NCBI GenBank assembly: GCA_964016885.1
Contig: OZ024742.1
Coordinates: 31,496,001 to 31,560,000, forward strand
DNA from: Eledone cirrhosa
Taxonomy: Eukaryota
DNA: 64,000 nt
Reading direction: 5' to 3'
Shown piece by piece: positions 59,590 through 64,000 of this stretch (position 1 is the stretch's first letter; each line of letters begins with the position of its first letter). Made by a program: the position numbers and the translations under genes. The notes beneath the pieces were generated by a model, which did no database searches, was not told the origin of the DNA, and saw only the letters and a program-made list of their open reading frames with translations.

Positions 59590-60045
59590 CACTGCTTGCA
59601 TGGATTCCCTTGACTCTCTGTCACCACCCAATTCTATTGTTCATCAGGCGGTCTGAGGGATTGCAGTTTATATATTCTGGAGGTCAGAGGGATTGCAGTT
59701 TATGTCGTCATAAATCTGTGTGATATAGGTCTTGGCTATCTCTTCCTTGTGTAGGCTCCCACAAAAGAACTTCACTAATACTTTCGTCAGCTCTCCAGCA
59801 ATGCTCTGCGAATCTGACTTTACGTTCTTTGATGATGTCTGTTACTGGACGAAGGTTCCTATACAGTCACCCATTGGTCAGACAATCTCTCCAAGAGACA
59901 TTCAAGGCCACTGTGGGCTTGCGAGTGTAGGTTCCATCTAATCTTCTTTTCAGCTTTGAGGTAAGGGTCCATGCTGAGCAGCTATACAATAGATTAGAGG
60001 TAACAGTTGTTGTTTGTATTAGTTTCTTTATATTCTAGACTAAAT
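59590..60045 (-). mobile_element. Degenerate RTE-clade LINE 3' fragment
   Basis: Manual translation gives LLYSCSAWTLTSKLKRRLDGTYTR...LNVSWRD...IKERKVRFAEHCWRA..SEVLLWEP, with a stop codon. Confidence 0.8.
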
Positions 60046-60074
60046 ATTTTATAATAATTATCTAACATCTGCTA

Positions 60075-60098
60075 GCCTGGAAAATGGACGTTAAACGC

Positions 60099-60159
<61 letters not shown>

Positions 60160-60163
60160 GATG
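60075..60163 (+). repeat. (GAT)n tract preceded by a SINE/RTE-like 3' end
   Basis: ggaaaatggacgttaaacg followed by (GAT)n. Confidence 0.7.
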
Positions 60164-60189
60164 TATAGCTGTAGAAAACTTCTCTTTTT

Positions 60190-60660
60190 CTGTGTTCGTG
60201 GTCAATCTAATCTTTCTCTGATGTATGTATACCCCCCTGGGTCATTTATTTTGTTGATATATTTTGATTGCAGTCAATATCTTCCTTGTTTCCTGCCCAA
60301 TCTCTCTAATTCCTCTTCTTTCAGATTGAAACTATTATTATAACAGTAATTTATTATATTACTACAACAGCTAAAGTATTGATGCATAATATTTTACTTA
60401 GTTTTGGCATTTACATTATTTTAAAGCAATATTCTAATGCATCCATAATATTTCATTCGAGGTTTTTCTGTCCAATTCATTGATTCCTAAATATATATAC
60501 AAGCCCGTATTTGATCTAATTCTTTTATCTGTGTTTCTTTATCCGACATATTAATGGTTTTTATTAATTTCCGTCTCTTTAAGTTTGCTTTGGCACATTT
60601 TTCTAAACCGAAATGTTGTGCCAATTCCATTACAACTTCGTTACAGAATCCATGAACTGT
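60190..60660 (-). pseudogene. Highly degenerate non-LTR RT fragment, R4/Dong-like
   Basis: Manual translation gives FGLEKCAK...IKELD....IYLGI...ILCINTLAV, with stops. Confidence 0.6.
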
Positions 60661-60848
60661 ATGTAATATGGAAACGTATTTCTCTCTCTGGATATTTTAT
60701 TTGACTTTATGTCAGACCTTTATATACATCGTTGTTTTTGAGGACGTATCATTTTCTACGTTTTCGTTTATTACATCACTTTATGTATCAAACATGTTGA
60801 TGATAGCTTCTCTGCCAGAAGCTATCATCAACATACCTATAGCGTATA

Positions 60849-61093
60849 CAGTGCCGGATTTACCATTGTGCTCAGGTCTGTTCAAGCACAGGGCCCCGTT
60901 GGTGGGGGGAGGGGCATCTTCCTGCCGAAATTTTTACGATGAATTTTTCAAATGTTTGAGGCCTCATAACTCAACTAACACAGGGCCCCATTGGCTGTGG
61001 AGGGGGGGGGGGGGTGCATCTTGCTGCCAAAAGAAATTTTACGATGAATTTTTCAAATAGTACAGGGCCTCATTTGTCCTGAATTCTGCACTG
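60849..61093. mobile_element. hAT-type MITE
   Basis: Imperfect TIRs CAGTGCCGGATTT / GAATTCTGCACTG, an 8-bp TSD AGCGTATA / AGCGTACA, and an internal tandem duplication. Confidence 0.8.
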
Positions 61094-61420
61094 AGCGTAC
61101 AAGATATGAAAGAAAAGAAACGTAGCGTTCCTATGCCTTACCAAAGCTACAGTGGATTTACCTGTGTCTTCCACAGCAATTAGATGTGGCATTTTCAGAT
61201 ACAAAGGACGAAATCTCTTTCATCGGGATAGGTAAGGTATATGGTACGGTATCAGTTATATTCAAAAGTGGGGACGGAGCGAAAGGGCCATCCTAGACGG
61301 TTCGTGATGAACTTGGCCATAAACTGGTCCCACGAGGGACACCATCATGGACATCATTGATAACGTCGACACCACTTGTGAGGATGAAGACCAGACGGAG
61401 GCCAAAAGGAGTCAGTACAT

Positions 61421-61480
<60 letters not shown>

Positions 61481-61524
61481 CACATTGAAAAAAAGTGTTA
61501 AAGTGTAAGAATGAGTCGATCTTA

Positions 61525-61712
61525 AAAGAAGAGACCTCCTCTCATTAGGAAGAACCTCTCTCCTGCAAGAAGCCCCTTTTGTGAGAAGAAGCCTATCTCT
61601 TGTGAGAAGGAGCCCGTCTCTTGTGACAAGGAGCCCCCCCCCCCTCTTGTGAGAAAGAGCCTCTTTCCTGTGAGGAGAACCCCTGTCACGTGAGAAGAAG
61701 CCCCTCTCTTAT
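61525..61712 (+). repeat. Degenerate ~21-bp minisatellite
   Basis: Repeats resembling CTTGTGAGAAGAAGCCTCTCT. Confidence 0.75.
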
Positions 61713-62522
61713 TTTTCCACTCTCTTCAGTGTTGTTTCCATTTCATGCCGAGTGTCATCCAGACACCTAGTTCAGAAAAACCCACTGCATACTTTAATAA
61801 GCCCCCAAATTAAACACAACAGATTGTTCACGTCATATACATAGTATATCATTTGCTTTATATATGTACACATTAGCTGTTTAAAATCATATTTACAACA
61901 GAATGATATTCAGTCATATAAGAGTGCTCAATTATTTACAACTTACATAATTGTGGAATATAATCAAATAAAGTTATGTAAAAAAAAATTCCGTGGTCAA
62001 CCAATCGTTTCATTTCTTTCGAAAGCTACAATTAATTTTTTTGTTTTTGAAAAATTTAAAAGAAGAAAAAAACCTTAAAGTAAACAAAAGCCGAACGTAT
62101 TTCCTCTACATCCATCTAATTCTTTTCCAGAATTATTTGGCATTACCTGAACCTTGTAAAGTTGATGCCAAATAAATCAGGAATTATGAGTTAAATAACC
62201 AGCCTGCCAGCTGGCAAAATACCCACAACTGGCATCTATGTAATTCACAATCTTCACCTTGTATTTGTTTTGGTCTCATCAAGCATGAATTAAAACTACG
62301 ATTAGTGTAATTTTACTGAATGGTTTGTTTAAGTGTGAAGTGGGGAGGTGGGGGTCCTTCTTTGACGGCCTTCTGCTGTGCAGCTCTCCTGAGAGTCTCC
62401 TTACACCGTACTCTGACTACATATCTGTTGATCAGGGGAGACAATTCAGAAAAATCAGCAACATCAATCAGGATTTCTATACGAAGTCATTTGCTTCAAA
62501 ACTTCCAGGAGAAAGAGTTACC

Positions 62523-62675
62523 TGTATGTATGTATGTATGTATGTATGTATGTATGTATGTATGTATGTATGTATGTATGTATGTATGTATGTATGTATG
62601 TATGTGTGTATGTATGTATGTATGTATGTATGTATTTATGTATGTATGTATGTATGTATGTATGTATGTATGTAT
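62523..62675 (+). repeat. (TATG)n microsatellite
   Basis: Directly visible. Confidence 0.97.
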
Positions 62676-62897
62676 GTCAATAATTGTCACAAGTGTAGTG
62701 TTAGTACCAGAGTTTTCAAGTCGCTGGCTGGACTAAAAAGTCACACTCGTTCAGCGCATCGGTAGGAGTTCTCCTACATGGATATAAAGTAGTGGCCGTA
62801 CTCGAAAACGAGTTGGCAGCCACCATGTATGTATGTATGTATGTATGTATGTATGTATGTATGTATGTATGTATGTATGTATGTATGTATGTATGTA
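62676..62897 (+). mobile_element. RTE LINE extreme 3' end with (ATGT)n tail
   Basis: Encodes HKCSVSTRVFKSLAGLKSHTRSAHR*, a degenerate C2H2-like RTE C-terminus, then a short UTR and the repeat tail. Confidence 0.65.
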
Positions 62898-64000
62898 TGA
62901 AAGTCAATCTGGTTTTCGTGCTGGACGCGGCACTACTGATATGATCTTCTCAGCTAGACAGCTCCAGGAGAAGTGCATGGAACAAGGTTTGGATCTGTAT
63001 CAGGTTTTTGTCGATCTGACAAAAGCTTTCGATACTGTTAACAGAAATGCATTATGGAAGGTTCTCCAGAAACTTAGTTTCTCTGATAAGTTCCTTGCTT
63101 TAGTTAGGTCTTTCCATGACGACATGAAGGCTTGGGTTAATGTCGGAGGTAACATGTCGGAGCCTATCTCAGTAAAAAATGGAATGAAAAATGGGATATT
63201 CCAGCACCGACCCTGTATGCCATATACTTTGCAATGGTTTTCTGTATTGCATTCAGGAATTGCGAGCATGGTGTTTACATCCGATATCGAACCACAGGCA
63301 GCATATTTAACATCAGGCGCTTTGCTGCAAAGACAAAAGTATTTACACCAATCATAAGAGACCTCTTGTATGCAGATGATTGCGATCTTGTAGTGCACAC
63401 AGAGAGTGATATGCAGCACATTTTGAATGCATTTTCTGACGCTTGCACTGCCCTAGGATTGACTGTCAGTCTCAAGAAAAGCGTCGTCATGTACCAACTT
63501 GCCCTTGGTAAGCAGTACAGTGAACCAAATATCTATGTGTATGGTAAGCGGCTTGGAGTGGTTGATCAGTTTGTCTACCTGGGAAGCATTGTCAATCGAT
63601 ACAGTAACCTTGATAGTGAAATCTCACTTAGGATTAGGAAAGCAAGTGATGCTTTCGGAAAGCTAGAAAGGCGACTCTGGGGTCGGCGAGACATATGCAA
63701 GAAGACAAAGGTAAAGGTAAAGGCATGTGTGCTCTCTTCTCTTCTTTATGCCTGCGAGACCTGGGTCACATATCGACACAACCTTAAGCAATTGGAGCGT
63801 TTCCATCAGATGTGTCTCAGACGGATCCATGGCGTTCACTGGAGGGACCACATCAGTGATGTCGAGATTTTGGAAAGCTCTATGTGTGACAGTATAGAAG
63901 CTCTTGTGCTTAAACAACGACTCCGTTGGAGTGGTCACGTTGCCAGGATGAAGGATTCTAGAATACCAAAACAACTCTTTTATGGGGAGTTAGTTAAAGG
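62898..64000 (+). mobile_element. 5'-truncated RTE (BovB-like) LINE reverse transcriptase, frameshifted, runs off the window
   Basis: [37 protein letters not shown], then LLYADD (63363-63380), FVYLGS and LRWSGHVARM. Confidence 0.95.

Overview
AT-rich, microsatellite-dense eukaryotic DNA. The SINE/LINE repertoire suggests a cephalopod such as an octopus (inference). No convincing host gene is present; nearly all ORFs in the track are microsatellite or satellite artefacts. The window has three zones. (1) 1-15.7 kb: (TA)n tracts packed with Penelope-like element (PLE) pieces, including a Naiad-like RT+GIY-YIG element and a Hydra-like GIY-YIG 3' end, plus several small non-coding elements that each carry a minimal type I hammerhead ribozyme (HHR). 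(2) 15.8-51.6 kb: a ~36 kb array of a 44-bp satellite with a 17-bp palindrome per unit and nested higher-order duplications. (3) 51.6-64 kb: tRNA-derived SINEs, RTE and R4-like LINE relics, a hAT-type MITE and the main finding. That finding is an almost perfectly homogeneous tandem array of a 467-bp non-coding monomer with one HHR per unit (retrozyme-like, probable circular RNA), preceded by an inverted monomer. A second insertion of this family at 9.6-10.7 kb has the same two termini. All structures were read by eye and none is computationally or experimentally verified.
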